Assembly (NCBI RefSeq): GCF_039523435.1
Contig: NZ_BAAAFH010000001.1
Span: 1 to 64,000, forward strand
Direction: 5' to 3'
DNA from: Wandonia haliotis
GTDB taxonomy: Bacteria > Bacteroidota > Bacteroidia > Flavobacteriales_D > Crocinitomicaceae
Length of the DNA: 64,000 nt
The notes beneath the pieces are model-generated. The model made no database searches and was not told the origin of the DNA. It saw nothing but the letters and a program-made list of their open reading frames with translations. Of the stretch, positions 1-10,450 are shown one piece after another. The stretch's first letter is position 1. Every line of letters begins with the position of its first letter. A program made the position numbers and the translations under genes.

Positions 1-36
1 CAGAAACTTGCTGTGGAATAAATAAACCGGGTAGAG

Positions 37-115
37 TCCGGAACAGGGTTGGTCACGACTGGTTGTTTTTGCTGTTCCGGCAGGCGGGTTCTCTTCGGGG
101 AACCCGTTTTTTTTT
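37..115 (+). terminator. Two consecutive hairpins at the window 5' edge. The first is a 9-bp stem, TCCGGAACAG(37-46) pairing with CTGTTCCGG(72-80). The second is CGGGTTC(85-91)/GAACCCG(100-106) followed by a T9 run (107-115), a typical intrinsic terminator. This may be the 3' end of an upstream gene or structured ncRNA
   Basis: Direct reading of inverted repeats and the T-run. The region is locally GC-rich with no convincing ORF. Confidence 0.5.
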
Positions 116-939
116 ATTGTTGCGGGGAACGCCTCTTTTACTCCCCTACTCCCGCAGACCTTGGATGTTGCAGAGTGACAAAAAGGAAATACAGCAGCTT
201 TTACATTCCATGTCCACGTCAAAAACGGCATCAAAAGTTCGATTGTACTTCCGTCCAGACCGCTTTGAAAGATTTAGAGCCTTTTTTATTTTTATACGTT
301 TTCTTAATTTGCGTTTGTAGAACAAATTACAATTCCCCCATATTTTTTTATGCTTTTTGTGTATTATTTATCATTAGTAGCGCATAATCATTTTTCATGA
401 AAAATATGGAATCTAATCGTTTTTCAGTAGAAATAACTGTTTTTCACGGAAGGAAGCCACCGGAGGAAGGGACATTAGTAGGTTATGAAGCATTGATTCA
501 CAAATATGAACTTCAAGTACCAAGAACCGCAAATACACTACTGAACAATGGCAGGTATACACACCACACTATTTACCTGATGATAATTTATATAGACAGT
601 TGGTATTCGCATTAAAATATGACGGAGTCAATCTATTGGTTCTCAAAAAATATTCGACCAACTGAAAGATAAAGAAGCGATAGACCTTCTACAAGAAGAA
701 CCTACAGGACAATAATTAGAAAAACCGAAAAACTTAAAAAGTATATAGCAGCAGACTTTGCTACACAGAAAAACGATTATCTGAAAAAATATTCGTAAAG
801 AAATACTTCAACGTGCTTCAGCTCTCCTATTGCCAAAAGACTCCAAAGCCTCATTTACTATTGAAGGAGAAAGCCTTCTCATCTCTGAGAAGGCTTTTCA
901 AAACAGTATTTCAGGATATGACTTTCTTACTGCGTACAA

Positions 940-3069
940 CTAGTTTTTAACAACTCTGGAAGTATGAAGTAGAGCATCATTTTGTTTAACGACTACTAAA
1001 TAGAAACCTGAAGGTAAATAGCTGGTATCAAGTGTTCCGGATTGATTCCCGGCTGTTGTCAGAAGAACACGTCCGTTGATATCTACAAGCGAAATGGCTA
1101 CATCACTCGTCTGAAGTTCAACTGGTATTGACAGTGAAATAGACTCCTCAAAGGGGTTTGGATAGACTTTTATAGCAAGTGATGGTTCTTCTGTCTCTGC
1201 AAATGCTTCATCTTCTTCAACCGAAGCTTCCTTTTTCATGAGAACCAGTAACTGACATGAAAATAATTGCGAACCGGTTAAATACTGAGTATATCCCAAT
1301 AACGGTCTGAATCCATTCCCCGTCTGAGCCACTGCATACATATTAGCACCACTTCCTCCATTTCCATTAATTTTTAAGACTTTATTATTTGCCAGGCAAA
1401 TCATCTGGGTATTACCATAAAAATCGATATCTGTAACTGATGAGGCAAAATGTGCACTTCCTTCTAATTGTGTAGCATAAGCACCACTTGTCGTTACAAA
1501 ACCATGTAGAACTTCTGTAGCATTAAACATATTAGCACCTGTTCCCCCACTATTAAATACTTTCATGATTTTCCCGTTTCCAAAGGTTATAAATAACCGG
1601 TTTCCGCTTGGATTATGCGTAATTTTATTGATCGCTGACGAATAATTACTGTAGCCCACATAATAGTTGTAAGAAGGTATACCACTAAATCCGGATGCAT
1701 TTTCACTTACCGCAAACATATTAGCACCACTACCACCAGTACCATTAATCTTTAAAATCTTACCGTTATAAAAACCTAAAAACAGATATGTTCCATTACT
1801 ATACATTTCAGATACAGGTCCCATAAATTTGGAGTGTCCACTATAAAAATTATAAGAAGGAATAGTACTATAACCGCTTGTTGTTTCAGTAATCGCAAAC
1901 ATATTGGCTCCGGTTCCTCCTGTATTATTAATCTTCAACAATTTGCCATCCAGGGTACTTACAAACATGAACGAACCAACTGAAAACACTTTATTAACAG
2001 GAGATAAAAAATAAGAGTGTCCGGAATAGTAATTATAACCCGGAAGACTGGAAAATGAAGTTGGCGTTTCCGTAATCGCAAACATATTAGCACCACTTCC
2101 ACCAGAACCATTAATCTTCAACATACCTTTATTGATACAGGAAATGAATAATTTATCATCCTTGATAAATAAATCCGTAATGCCGCTCAAAAACTTATGA
2201 TGCCCGCTGTAATAGTTATAAGGGCTTATGTTTGCAAAACCATTTGTAGACTCTGTTACTGCAAACATATTAGCACCGCTTCCTCCCGTTCCATTGATCT
2301 TTAGAATCTTCCCGTCATTGAACGAAATAATTGTTTTTCCATCACTGGTATACACCATATCTGTTATTGGTGTATTAAAATCGTTATAGCCAATTAAGTT
2401 CGAATATCCCGGAAGATTCGCCGGCGGATTAAATGATAATCCCCAAACATTATCTCCTGAAGACCCCAAACTAGAGAACTTATAGATCATTCCTGCATTT
2501 TTCTGAACAAAAAAGTACTCTCCCGGTACAAATTGATAAATTTCATTCACATCCTGACATCGAGAAAATGAATTATCGTAGTCACTTCCTGAGCATACTG
2601 AATACAGACCGTCATCAGGACGAGTTACGACTATTGTATTCGTTTGTTCCGTTACAAGTGTCTCAACATAAAATCCTAAAATATACCTACGAATAATTAT
2701 TTTGGCATAATAATAACCGGATAATGGCTCAACATTATCAAATGTGTAGTATATGTTTGGACATATTATAAGCCCGGAGCAATTAATCTCCTGATCACCG
2801 GAGTTATACGTCTTTGAATCAATTTGATTACCATTTCGATAAAAATTGATTTCATACGAAAAACTTTGGGCACTTGAAACATTTGATTCGTATGTCCTGA
2901 TTGAGTTAAAGAAAAAATTTATAGGCTGAATGGATGAACAAGTTGCAAAATTGATATTGTCTTGTGAGCCATTCACAGAAATAGTAGACAGAGTTTTAGT
3001 CTGCGCATTCGAAGTAATCGAAAAGAGTAACACAATGCATAAACATGCGATTTGTTTAAATTTAATCAT
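940..3069 (-). CDS. Secreted repeat protein with a T9SS C-terminal sorting domain. It carries about 7 tandem ~45-aa repeats containing GxGGxGANMFA motifs, probably beta-propeller-like
   Basis: N-terminal signal peptide (MIKFKQIACLCIVLLFSITSNAQ). Repeated KINGTGGSGANMFA[VI]TE units. C-terminal VYPNPFEESISLSIP...YLVVVKQNDALLHTSRVVKN resembles a Por/T9SS CTD. Confidence 0.7.
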   Translation of the reverse strand: MIKFKQIACLCIVLLFSITSNAQTKTLSTISVNGSQDNINFATCSSIQPINFFFNSIRTYESNVSSAQSFSYEINFYRNGNQIDSKTYNSGDQEINCSGLIICPNIYYTFDNVEPLSGYYYAKIIIRRYILGFYVETLVTEQTNTIVVTRPDDGLYSVCSGSDYDNSFSRCQDVNEIYQFVPGEYFFVQKNAGMIYKFSSLGSSGDNVWGLSFNPPANLPGYSNLIGYNDFNTPITDMVYTSDGKTIISFNDGKILKINGTGGSGANMFAVTESTNGFANISPYNYYSGHHKFLSGITDLFIKDDKLFISCINKGMLKINGSGGSGANMFAITETPTSFSSLPGYNYYSGHSYFLSPVNKVFSVGSFMFVSTLDGKLLKINNTGGTGANMFAITETTSGYSTIPSYNFYSGHSKFMGPVSEMYSNGTYLFLGFYNGKILKINGTGGSGANMFAVSENASGFSGIPSYNYYVGYSNYSSAINKITHNPSGNRLFITFGNGKIMKVFNSGGTGANMFNATEVLHGFVTTSGAYATQLEGSAHFASSVTDIDFYGNTQMICLANNKVLKINGNGGSGANMYAVAQTGNGFRPLLGYTQYLTGSQLFSCQLLVLMKKEASVEEDEAFAETEEPSLAIKVYPNPFEESISLSIPVELQTSDVAISLVDINGRVLLTTAGNQSGTLDTSYLPSGFYLVVVKQNDALLHTSRVVKN

Positions 3070-3797
3070 AATTAGAATTTTTAGTTATAGGTTTTGAATT
3101 ATTTACTGTTATCAAGATGTTATACAACACCTTTTTTCTTTTTACATATTCACCGAGAGAGTTATTCATTTCTCTCAATGATTCTGCACACATTCAGTAG
3201 ATATAAAAATTTCCTTTGTGTCCTTCTTCCCTACTCAATTTTCAGGAAATTTCACTGTTATCAGAAAATTCAGTATTCAGAGTCGTTTACATACCGATAA
3301 GAAAACACGTGTAGTAGGCGTAAAATTCTTAGAGGCAGAAATCCAGAAAAGTAGTATATCCGTTATTAATATGCGAGTTGATAAGGTTAATTTTTTGTTT
3401 AGTATTCTGTTTAATTAATGTGAAAGCAATGTAGCAAAAAAATTGAACAAAAAATATTTTCTCACATTTTTATATTTCAATACTCATTAAAAAACAAGCT
3501 GTTAAGAATTAGCGTAAAGCTGTTCATACACTAAAAATTTTAGGAAGAGCCTTCAATTTCATATATACACATTCATCGTAACGCTGTAACACAAGCCTAA
3601 GCATTACACTACCAAAATAACAGGAGTTTGATACTTTGAAAAATCAAGAAGTAGATAAATTGCTTTTTAAAAGCAAACCCATATTACAAATGACATCAGA
3701 ATAAAAAAATTCGATTTACAACTGGTTTATCCTCATTTTTTTTGATTTTTACGCAAAACTTGTCATTTAATTCAAATCCACTATTGTTTAACTGAGC

Positions 3798-6005
3798 ATG
3801 AAAAGATTCTTCCTGTCTGCTTTTTTCAGGTACTTAACACTAAATTTCTGCCTTATTATTTTTGCAATTAAGGCAATAGGACAGACATCTGTTCTAGATA
3901 GTTTGGAAAATGAACTACAACTTCATACAAAAGAGGACACAAATCGCGTTAACTTGTTGACCCAATTTGCGCATATCGCAACAGACATTGATCTTACAAA
4001 AGCTGAAAAAGCTTGTCAGGAAGCAAGAAGAATTGCTCTAAAACTGAACTACGAAATAGGAATTGCCAATGTTTACTATGAAAGAGCATGGATCCATATT
4101 GAGAAATCAGATTATCAAAGTGCTATTGAAAATGCGAAAAAAGCACTTGAAATTTATAGGAATTCCAGCAGTTTAGAGGGAGAATCCTTTAGTTTAAATT
4201 GCATAGGTACAAGTTATTATTATCAGTCAAATTATCCAAAAGCAATTGAGTATTATTTAAAATCCGCAGAAATAGATGAAGCAAGAAATGATTTGAAAGG
4301 AATTTCCGGAAGCTACCTTAATATTGGGAATATTTATGCCGATCAGGGTGAGTTTGATCAATCATTATCTTACTATTTTAAAGCACTCGAATTAAAGAAA
4401 AAAGTTAAAGACGATTCTGGCATAGCTAAATGCTTAGGGAATATCGGAAGTGTTTACGGAGAACAGGGCAACTATCCGAAAGCATTGGATTACTTCAAAA
4501 AAGCTCAGGTGAAACATGAAAAACTCGGAAATTCAATCAATGCTTCCATCTGCCTCATGAATATTGGCTCGATCTACTTACATCAGGAAAAACTAAATAA
4601 AGCTTTTAGCACTTTTAATCAGGTTATAGAACTGAACAAAGGAAATGACAACAAGCGTATTCAAGCAATGGCTTTCAACGAAATAGGCAGTGTTTTGAGT
4701 AAGAAAAAAGAATATCCAAATGCTCTTGACTATTTTTCCAGTGCACTAGCAATCAACCGAGATGGTAATAACTTAAGAGCTGTTGCCAGTAACTTAAATA
4801 ACATTGGAAGTATTTTATTACTACAAAAAAAATATAAAGAGGCTCTAATTCATTTTGAAGAAGCAAAACAAATAAATGAATCCAACGATTTAAAAATGGG
4901 TTTGTGTAGTTCACTCATCGGAATTTCGAAAATTTATCTTGAGCAGAACAATTATCAACAAGCATTGGAATATGGACTTTCTGCTAAACTAATAGCATAC
5001 GCATCTGATCTATTAGCACACCAGCGGGATGTGACTGAAATACTTTCAAAAATCTACAATAAATTAGGTGAATACGAACAGGCCTTGCATTATCATCAAG
5101 ATTTTAAACGCTATAGCGACAGCATTTTCAATAAGGAGAAAATCGAAAAAATTGCGCAAATTGAGTACGATTTTAAATTTCAAAAGGAGTTGGAGGTTTT
5201 CAATGCAAAGGAACAAAAATTGACCAAGAAGGTTGAGCTTACGAACAAAGATTTGGAGAAATCAGAATCGCGTCTTCTCATTGGAATCGTTGTTTTCTTA
5301 ATCGTCTTATTAATTGCCGCCATTCTCATCTTTCAACTACGCCTGCGACACATTAAGTCGCAAAATGAAAACAGTTTGCTCGAGCAGAAACTGCTTCGTT
5401 CTCAAATGACCCCTCATTTCATATTTAACTCACTGTCCGTTCTTCAGGGTATGATTCTGAATAAGGAAGATCAGAAAGCCAGTCTTTATTTATCCAAATT
5501 CTCAAAACTCCTTCGGGTTACACTGGAAAGTTCCCGGGAAAAAATGACTCCCCTATCTCAGGAAATTATTGCGCTTGAAAACTATGTAGCTATTCAGAAT
5601 ATCGAATCAAATCAATCGTTTACCTTTACAATTCGTGTAGCAGACACTATACATTCAGGAAACATACTCATTCCCCCCATGTTGATACAACCGTTTGTAG
5701 AAAATGCGATAGAACATGCTTTCACGCCTGATCACCGGGAAAAGAAGATTGAAGTTGAATTTTCATTTCCTGATAACCAACTTATTTGTACAATTACAGA
5801 CAATGGTATCGGAGTTCAGGAAAAGAAAAATCGTTCGGTGAACTCAAAAAAGTCATTGGCTACTTCTATTTCAAAAGAACGGATTCAACTGTTGGCAAGA
5901 GAATTGAAAACAGAAGGTTCCATACAGATTATAGATAGAAAAAGTAATAATGAGAACGGAACACAGGTAACGTTAGTTATTCCTTACAAATTCGGTAAAC
6001 AATGA
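3798..6005 (+). CDS. Sensor histidine kinase with TPR repeats, a transmembrane helix, a LytS/YehU-type His_kinase domain and HATPase_c
   Basis: Signal/TM at the N-terminus. Multiple TPR-like YYxxA repeats, a TM segment (LLIGIVVFLIVLLIAAILIF), the MTPHFIFNSL motif of the PF06580 His_kinase domain, and ENAIEHAF plus DNGIG ATPase boxes. Overlaps the downstream response regulator (ATGA). Confidence 0.8.
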   Translation: MKRFFLSAFFRYLTLNFCLIIFAIKAIGQTSVLDSLENELQLHTKEDTNRVNLLTQFAHIATDIDLTKAEKACQEARRIALKLNYEIGIANVYYERAWIHIEKSDYQSAIENAKKALEIYRNSSSLEGESFSLNCIGTSYYYQSNYPKAIEYYLKSAEIDEARNDLKGISGSYLNIGNIYADQGEFDQSLSYYFKALELKKKVKDDSGIAKCLGNIGSVYGEQGNYPKALDYFKKAQVKHEKLGNSINASICLMNIGSIYLHQEKLNKAFSTFNQVIELNKGNDNKRIQAMAFNEIGSVLSKKKEYPNALDYFSSALAINRDGNNLRAVASNLNNIGSILLLQKKYKEALIHFEEAKQINESNDLKMGLCSSLIGISKIYLEQNNYQQALEYGLSAKLIAYASDLLAHQRDVTEILSKIYNKLGEYEQALHYHQDFKRYSDSIFNKEKIEKIAQIEYDFKFQKELEVFNAKEQKLTKKVELTNKDLEKSESRLLIGIVVFLIVLLIAAILIFQLRLRHIKSQNENSLLEQKLLRSQMTPHFIFNSLSVLQGMILNKEDQKASLYLSKFSKLLRVTLESSREKMTPLSQEIIALENYVAIQNIESNQSFTFTIRVADTIHSGNILIPPMLIQPFVENAIEHAFTPDHREKKIEVEFSFPDNQLICTITDNGIGVQEKKNRSVNSKKSLATSISKERIQLLARELKTEGSIQIIDRKSNNENGTQVTLVIPYKFGKQ

Positions 6006-6748
6006 AAGCACTGGTAGTTGAAGATAAAGAATACATAAGAAAAGGATTGATCAACTTATTGGAATCAATTGATAGTGACATTAACGTTATTGGTGAGTGT
6101 GAATCCGTTGCTGAAGCATTGGTCGTTGCCAGAACCTGCAAACCGGAGTTGATTTTTTTAGACATTAATCTTACCGACGGAACGGCATTTGACTTTCTCG
6201 ATCAATTTGAACGAATTGATTTCAAAATCATCTTTATTACGGCATTTGAAGAATACGCTTTAAAAGCACTGAAAATTGGCGCTGTTGATTATTTGCTAAA
6301 ACCCGTCGATGTTGATGAACTTAAAGCTGCTTTGCAAAAAGTAGAAGTAACACCTATCGAAAAACATAGAGAGAAGCTGAGTACCGTCAAAAAACTGATG
6401 GGTAACGAAAATGAGACAATCGTTCTCTCCTTACAGGACAGTTATCAGGTAATTGACCTAAACGAACTCTTGTATTGTGAGTCGGATAAGGGCTACACCA
6501 CCTTCTATTGTACGGAGGAAAAGAAATTTGTTGTTTCGAAAACACTAAAAGAATTTGAAGAAATACTCCTGAACAACAACTTTTTACGACCTCATCAATC
6601 CTATATGGTGAATTTAAAATTCATCGATAAATATGATAAATCCGGGGAAATTGTACTCAGAAATCAAAAGAAAATACCTGTTTCAACCCGAAAAAAAGAA
6701 TCTTTCTTATCCTCCTTTCTTTCTGCAAATCGTTTTAAAAACAGCTAA
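6002..6748 (+). CDS. LytTR-family response regulator (REC plus LytTR DNA-binding domain)
   Basis: REC signature (LVVEDKE...FLDINLTDGTAFDF...KP) and a C-terminal LytTR domain. 4-bp overlap with the kinase. Confidence 0.8.
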   Translation: MKALVVEDKEYIRKGLINLLESIDSDINVIGECESVAEALVVARTCKPELIFLDINLTDGTAFDFLDQFERIDFKIIFITAFEEYALKALKIGAVDYLLKPVDVDELKAALQKVEVTPIEKHREKLSTVKKLMGNENETIVLSLQDSYQVIDLNELLYCESDKGYTTFYCTEEKKFVVSKTLKEFEEILLNNNFLRPHQSYMVNLKFIDKYDKSGEIVLRNQKKIPVSTRKKESFLSSFLSANRFKNS

Positions 6749-6896
6749 GCTAAAAACGAATATATTTTCGTTTCAAACGGATATTCTTTCATCATAAACA
6801 GAAATTGAATCCCTGTTTCAGGAACAGCTTCCCTACTCTATTTTTACATGTATTAACGCGGTTTATCGTGTACAACAACAGTAAAAATTAAACAAA

Positions 6897-7466
6897 ATGA
6901 TGAAAGCTAACAACGTATTTGCATTCCTTATCTCCGGAGCATTAGTATTGTCTTGTGGTCAGAATAGCGGGAATGAACCTGCAAACGCAGATGGATTTGA
7001 AAAAATAGAGAACCAAATCAAAAGTGAATTTGGAAACGATGCCTATTTTACCGAAATAAGTATTACGTATAACGAATCCATTGGAAACATTGTTGGTGTC
7101 ACAGCTACGACAGAACCGGAATCGATGCAAATGGGTCAATGGAATTTGACTAGCGGAGACTGGCAACAAAATTCGGATATCACCATCGAAATTCCGAAAG
7201 GAACCAAAGCTACCGATTTTATGTTTCAATTGGGTACTAGCGTTAGCCTCCGTCAACTAGGCGAGCTTGTAGAAAAATCGAAAGAAAACCTAAAAGAAGA
7301 CAAACAAGTAGATAATCCCCGGCTGCACATGGCCTTCATTAAATATCCGGATACGGGAGAAGCTTCCAAAGCGGAGTATGTAGTAATGCTTCAACCCGAA
7401 ACCGGTGGGACAACATTCACTTATTCCTACAAATTGGATGGCGAATTCATTGGAATGGATTATTAA
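6897..7466 (+). CDS. Hypothetical lipoprotein
   Basis: Signal peptide with a lipobox (ALVLSCGQ). No recognised domain. Confidence 0.5.
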   Translation: MMKANNVFAFLISGALVLSCGQNSGNEPANADGFEKIENQIKSEFGNDAYFTEISITYNESIGNIVGVTATTEPESMQMGQWNLTSGDWQQNSDITIEIPKGTKATDFMFQLGTSVSLRQLGELVEKSKENLKEDKQVDNPRLHMAFIKYPDTGEASKAEYVVMLQPETGGTTFTYSYKLDGEFIGMDY

Positions 7467-7548
7467 ATGTACCACATGATCTAAGTACTGAAAACAGCTT
7501 TATTGATAGTATTTACCTCTAAAAACAAAAATAATTAAACAGTAAACA

Positions 7549-8802
7549 ATGAAAAGATCAATACTTGGAATAGTAACAATGACAATGATGAGCACGACAG
7601 TATTGGCTCAAAACGTCACTATTCCGGATGCAAATTTTAAAGCCTATTTGCTTGCCAATACGGCAATTAACACAAATAGTGATTCTGAAATTCAAATCAG
7701 TGAAGCTGCTGCATTTTCTGGTCAAATGGATTGCGGTTACCTCAATATTTCAGACTTAACAGGTCTCGAAGCATTTTCGTCATTAACAGACTTGCGTTGC
7801 TACGGAAATAGCATCGCTTCATTAGATGTTAGCCAGAATTCAGCACTGGAGTACTTAAATTGTGGATACAATGGAAATTTGGTTTCGTTAAATACGGGAG
7901 CATTGACTTCTTTACACACAGTAATAACAACTGATAATACCAGTATGTCCTCTGTCGATTTTAGCCAAAACACGGCGCTGGAGACCCTGGATGTAACATC
8001 GAATGAGTTGTTTAACCTGGATGTAGCTCAAAATACAGCTCTGAAAAATCTGACTATTAATTTTAACCACATTACTACTTTGGATTTGAGCAATAATCCA
8101 AACCTTCTTTCGCTAAGCTGTTTTAACAACACATTAACTTCCCTGGATTTAAGTAATTGTCCGCTATTAAGTAATTTAGCCTGTGGAGGTAATTCTATTT
8201 CCTCACTCGATCTTAGTGCATTACCTGGTTTGTTCAATTTTAGCTGCAATGGAAATAACCTAATTGCTTTAGATGTTTCCAATAATCCAATTTTGAGCGT
8301 ATTACGATGTGAAAACAACAGCATTCAACAATTAGACGTAAGTCAAAATGTCGATTTGGCATACTTCACTTGTCAATCAAATGAATTGACATCGCTAAAT
8401 ATGAAAAACTTAAATTCAACAACGTTAGGGAGCTTTGACGCTACTTCAAATCCAAACCTAACTTGCATTGAGGTGGATGATGTAACAGACGCTACAACGA
8501 ACTGGACAGATATTGATGCGACAGCCAGCTTTAGTTTATCATGCAGCAGCTTAGGAATACAAGAAGCGAATCTTCATGAAACTATTTCCGTCTCTCCCAA
8601 TCCTACTTCGGGAGAAATAAGAATTAGGGAATTAACGAATCAGGCCGATTATCAAGTAGTAAGTTTATCCGGACAAATCGTTAAAAAAGGTGTCATTTTT
8701 CCTGAGGGGAAACTAAATGTTGAGGATATCACTCCAGGAGTTTACTTTATCCATGTTCAAACAGACAACAAATTGTTCACCTCAAAATTCATCAAAAAAT
8801 AA
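7549..8802 (+). CDS. Leucine-rich-repeat surface protein with a T9SS C-terminal domain
   Basis: Signal peptide. About 12 LxxLxLxxNxL-type repeats (LDVSQNxxLxxL). C-terminal VSPNPTSGEIRIR...YFIHVQTDNKLFTSKFIKK resembles a T9SS CTD. Confidence 0.7.
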   Translation: MKRSILGIVTMTMMSTTVLAQNVTIPDANFKAYLLANTAINTNSDSEIQISEAAAFSGQMDCGYLNISDLTGLEAFSSLTDLRCYGNSIASLDVSQNSALEYLNCGYNGNLVSLNTGALTSLHTVITTDNTSMSSVDFSQNTALETLDVTSNELFNLDVAQNTALKNLTINFNHITTLDLSNNPNLLSLSCFNNTLTSLDLSNCPLLSNLACGGNSISSLDLSALPGLFNFSCNGNNLIALDVSNNPILSVLRCENNSIQQLDVSQNVDLAYFTCQSNELTSLNMKNLNSTTLGSFDATSNPNLTCIEVDDVTDATTNWTDIDATASFSLSCSSLGIQEANLHETISVSPNPTSGEIRIRELTNQADYQVVSLSGQIVKKGVIFPEGKLNVEDITPGVYFIHVQTDNKLFTSKFIKK

Positions 8803-8808
8803 TTGATT

Positions 8809-10158
8809 ATGAAAAATTTAGTACGCATCTTATGTGTTTTTGGATTCGCTTCTTTTAGCTTAAAATCCGCTACAGCACAATGTATAACAGCTGTTGACCT
8901 TGACGGAACCAATCAGTTCTTATATGGTTCTAACTTTTTACAGTATGATTTTTCACAGTTCACTATTGAAATGTGGATCAATTCCGATGATTATACAGCC
9001 AATGATATTTACGTAAATTGGAGGAACGGCTCTTATATTGCTCTCGGAGGATGGGCAGCAGATGGAAGCTTTAATACGTGGGCAGAAGGATTAAGTCCAA
9101 ATTCAATCAATTCTGGTCCCGGAACGGCTCCAACCCCGGGGGAATGGCACCATATTGCCTATGTTTTTGACGGATCGAATCAAATTATCTACATCGACGG
9201 TACTGCAGTTACAACAGTTCCTACAACCGGGAGCGTTGACCTGAATGCTACAACCCAAATGATTGGTTTAGTAGTCGGTGCGCGCTTCGATCAAGGTCAA
9301 CAATTCACGAACACAAAGTTTGATGATGTACGAATTTGGAATTCAGCCAGAAGTAGTACCGAAATCAATGCAACTATGAATACCGATTTGAATGGAAACG
9401 AATCAGGATTGGTAGCATACTACCGTTTTGAGGATGGTGTTGGTAGTACAATTGCTACCGATTTGACCAGTGGAGCGAATCACCTTACACTAACAAACAT
9501 GGATCCTGCGACTGATTGGGTGAACGGCGTATTTTCTTCTGATGTACATTCAACAGCAACTATTGAAAGTTGTGGATCTTTGACCTGGATAGATGGGAAT
9601 ACCTATACTACAGATAATAATACGGCAACCTATCTGTATTCCGGTGGTGCTGTCGGAGGTTGTGATAGTATTGTCCACTTGGACTTAACAGTTCTGGATC
9701 CCGTCGATAATACAATTACAACAAGCGGTCCTTCATTTTCCGCAAACGAAGTATCTGCAGGTACACAGTACCAATGGGTCGATTGCGATAATGGTAACAC
9801 TCCTATTCCCGGTGAAATCGCTCAAACATTTACTGCAACTCAAACAGGTTCGTACGCTGTAGTTGTAACCGGACAAAATGGTTGTAGCGATACTTCTGCT
9901 TGCTCAAACATAACGATTGTTGGATTAGATGAAATTAACCCTGACCATCTAAAAGTGTCTATCTATCCTAACCCGGCAAGTTCTGTTCTTTCTGTAAAAG
10001 GTTTAACAAGTGATGAAAACTTCACCATTCTGAATTTACAAGGTGAGACCGTGCATAATGGCACTACAAACACTACCATTACAGTAGATTATTTGGCCAG
10101 CGGTACCTACTTGCTGAAATTTGAAAACAGACCGGTCGTATTGTTTGTCAAAGAATAG
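8809..10158 (+). CDS. LamG/concanavalin-like domain protein with a T9SS C-terminal domain
   Basis: Signal peptide. LamG_3-like segment (FTIEMWINSDD...DDVRIWNSARS). C-terminal IYPNPASSVLSVKGL...YLLKFENRPVVLFVKE. The likely ATG start is 6 nt into the listed ORF, which begins at TTG. Confidence 0.7.
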   Translation: MKNLVRILCVFGFASFSLKSATAQCITAVDLDGTNQFLYGSNFLQYDFSQFTIEMWINSDDYTANDIYVNWRNGSYIALGGWAADGSFNTWAEGLSPNSINSGPGTAPTPGEWHHIAYVFDGSNQIIYIDGTAVTTVPTTGSVDLNATTQMIGLVVGARFDQGQQFTNTKFDDVRIWNSARSSTEINATMNTDLNGNESGLVAYYRFEDGVGSTIATDLTSGANHLTLTNMDPATDWVNGVFSSDVHSTATIESCGSLTWIDGNTYTTDNNTATYLYSGGAVGGCDSIVHLDLTVLDPVDNTITTSGPSFSANEVSAGTQYQWVDCDNGNTPIPGEIAQTFTATQTGSYAVVVTGQNGCSDTSACSNITIVGLDEINPDHLKVSIYPNPASSVLSVKGLTSDENFTILNLQGETVHNGTTNTTITVDYLASGTYLLKFENRPVVLFVKE

Positions 10159-10450
10159 GTATCACAGTCTTAAACTTGCAAAAAAAACCTCGCCACCCCG
10201 GACTTTAAACTACTCATTTACAGAATCAAGTATAATTAAAATTAACGGACAGGAAATTGACAATTTATGTCGATTTCCTGTCTAAATCAAGAAGCATCCC
10301 CCCTCTAACTACAACAATTCAGAGATTGATCGTGTAAAACTGCTTGCCAATCAGCTTATGGTTTATCTCAGAAATAATGTTAATCTTACAGAACAAAAAA
10401 TTTGACACGAAGACATCCGGACAGATACAATCAATTACAACGAACAAAAA

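Noticed and set aside
1-120. 3' end of RNase P RNA or SRP RNA
   Set aside because: Only short, ambiguous similarities (AACCGGGTAG, GTCCGGAA, CACGAC) could be recalled. I cannot align the conserved P4 or domain IV elements without upstream sequence.
49-387. ORFs 49..387 and 63..320 (Cys/Arg-rich 'proteins')
   Set aside because: They lie in a GC-rich hairpin/terminator region and have low-complexity translations. They are more likely non-coding.
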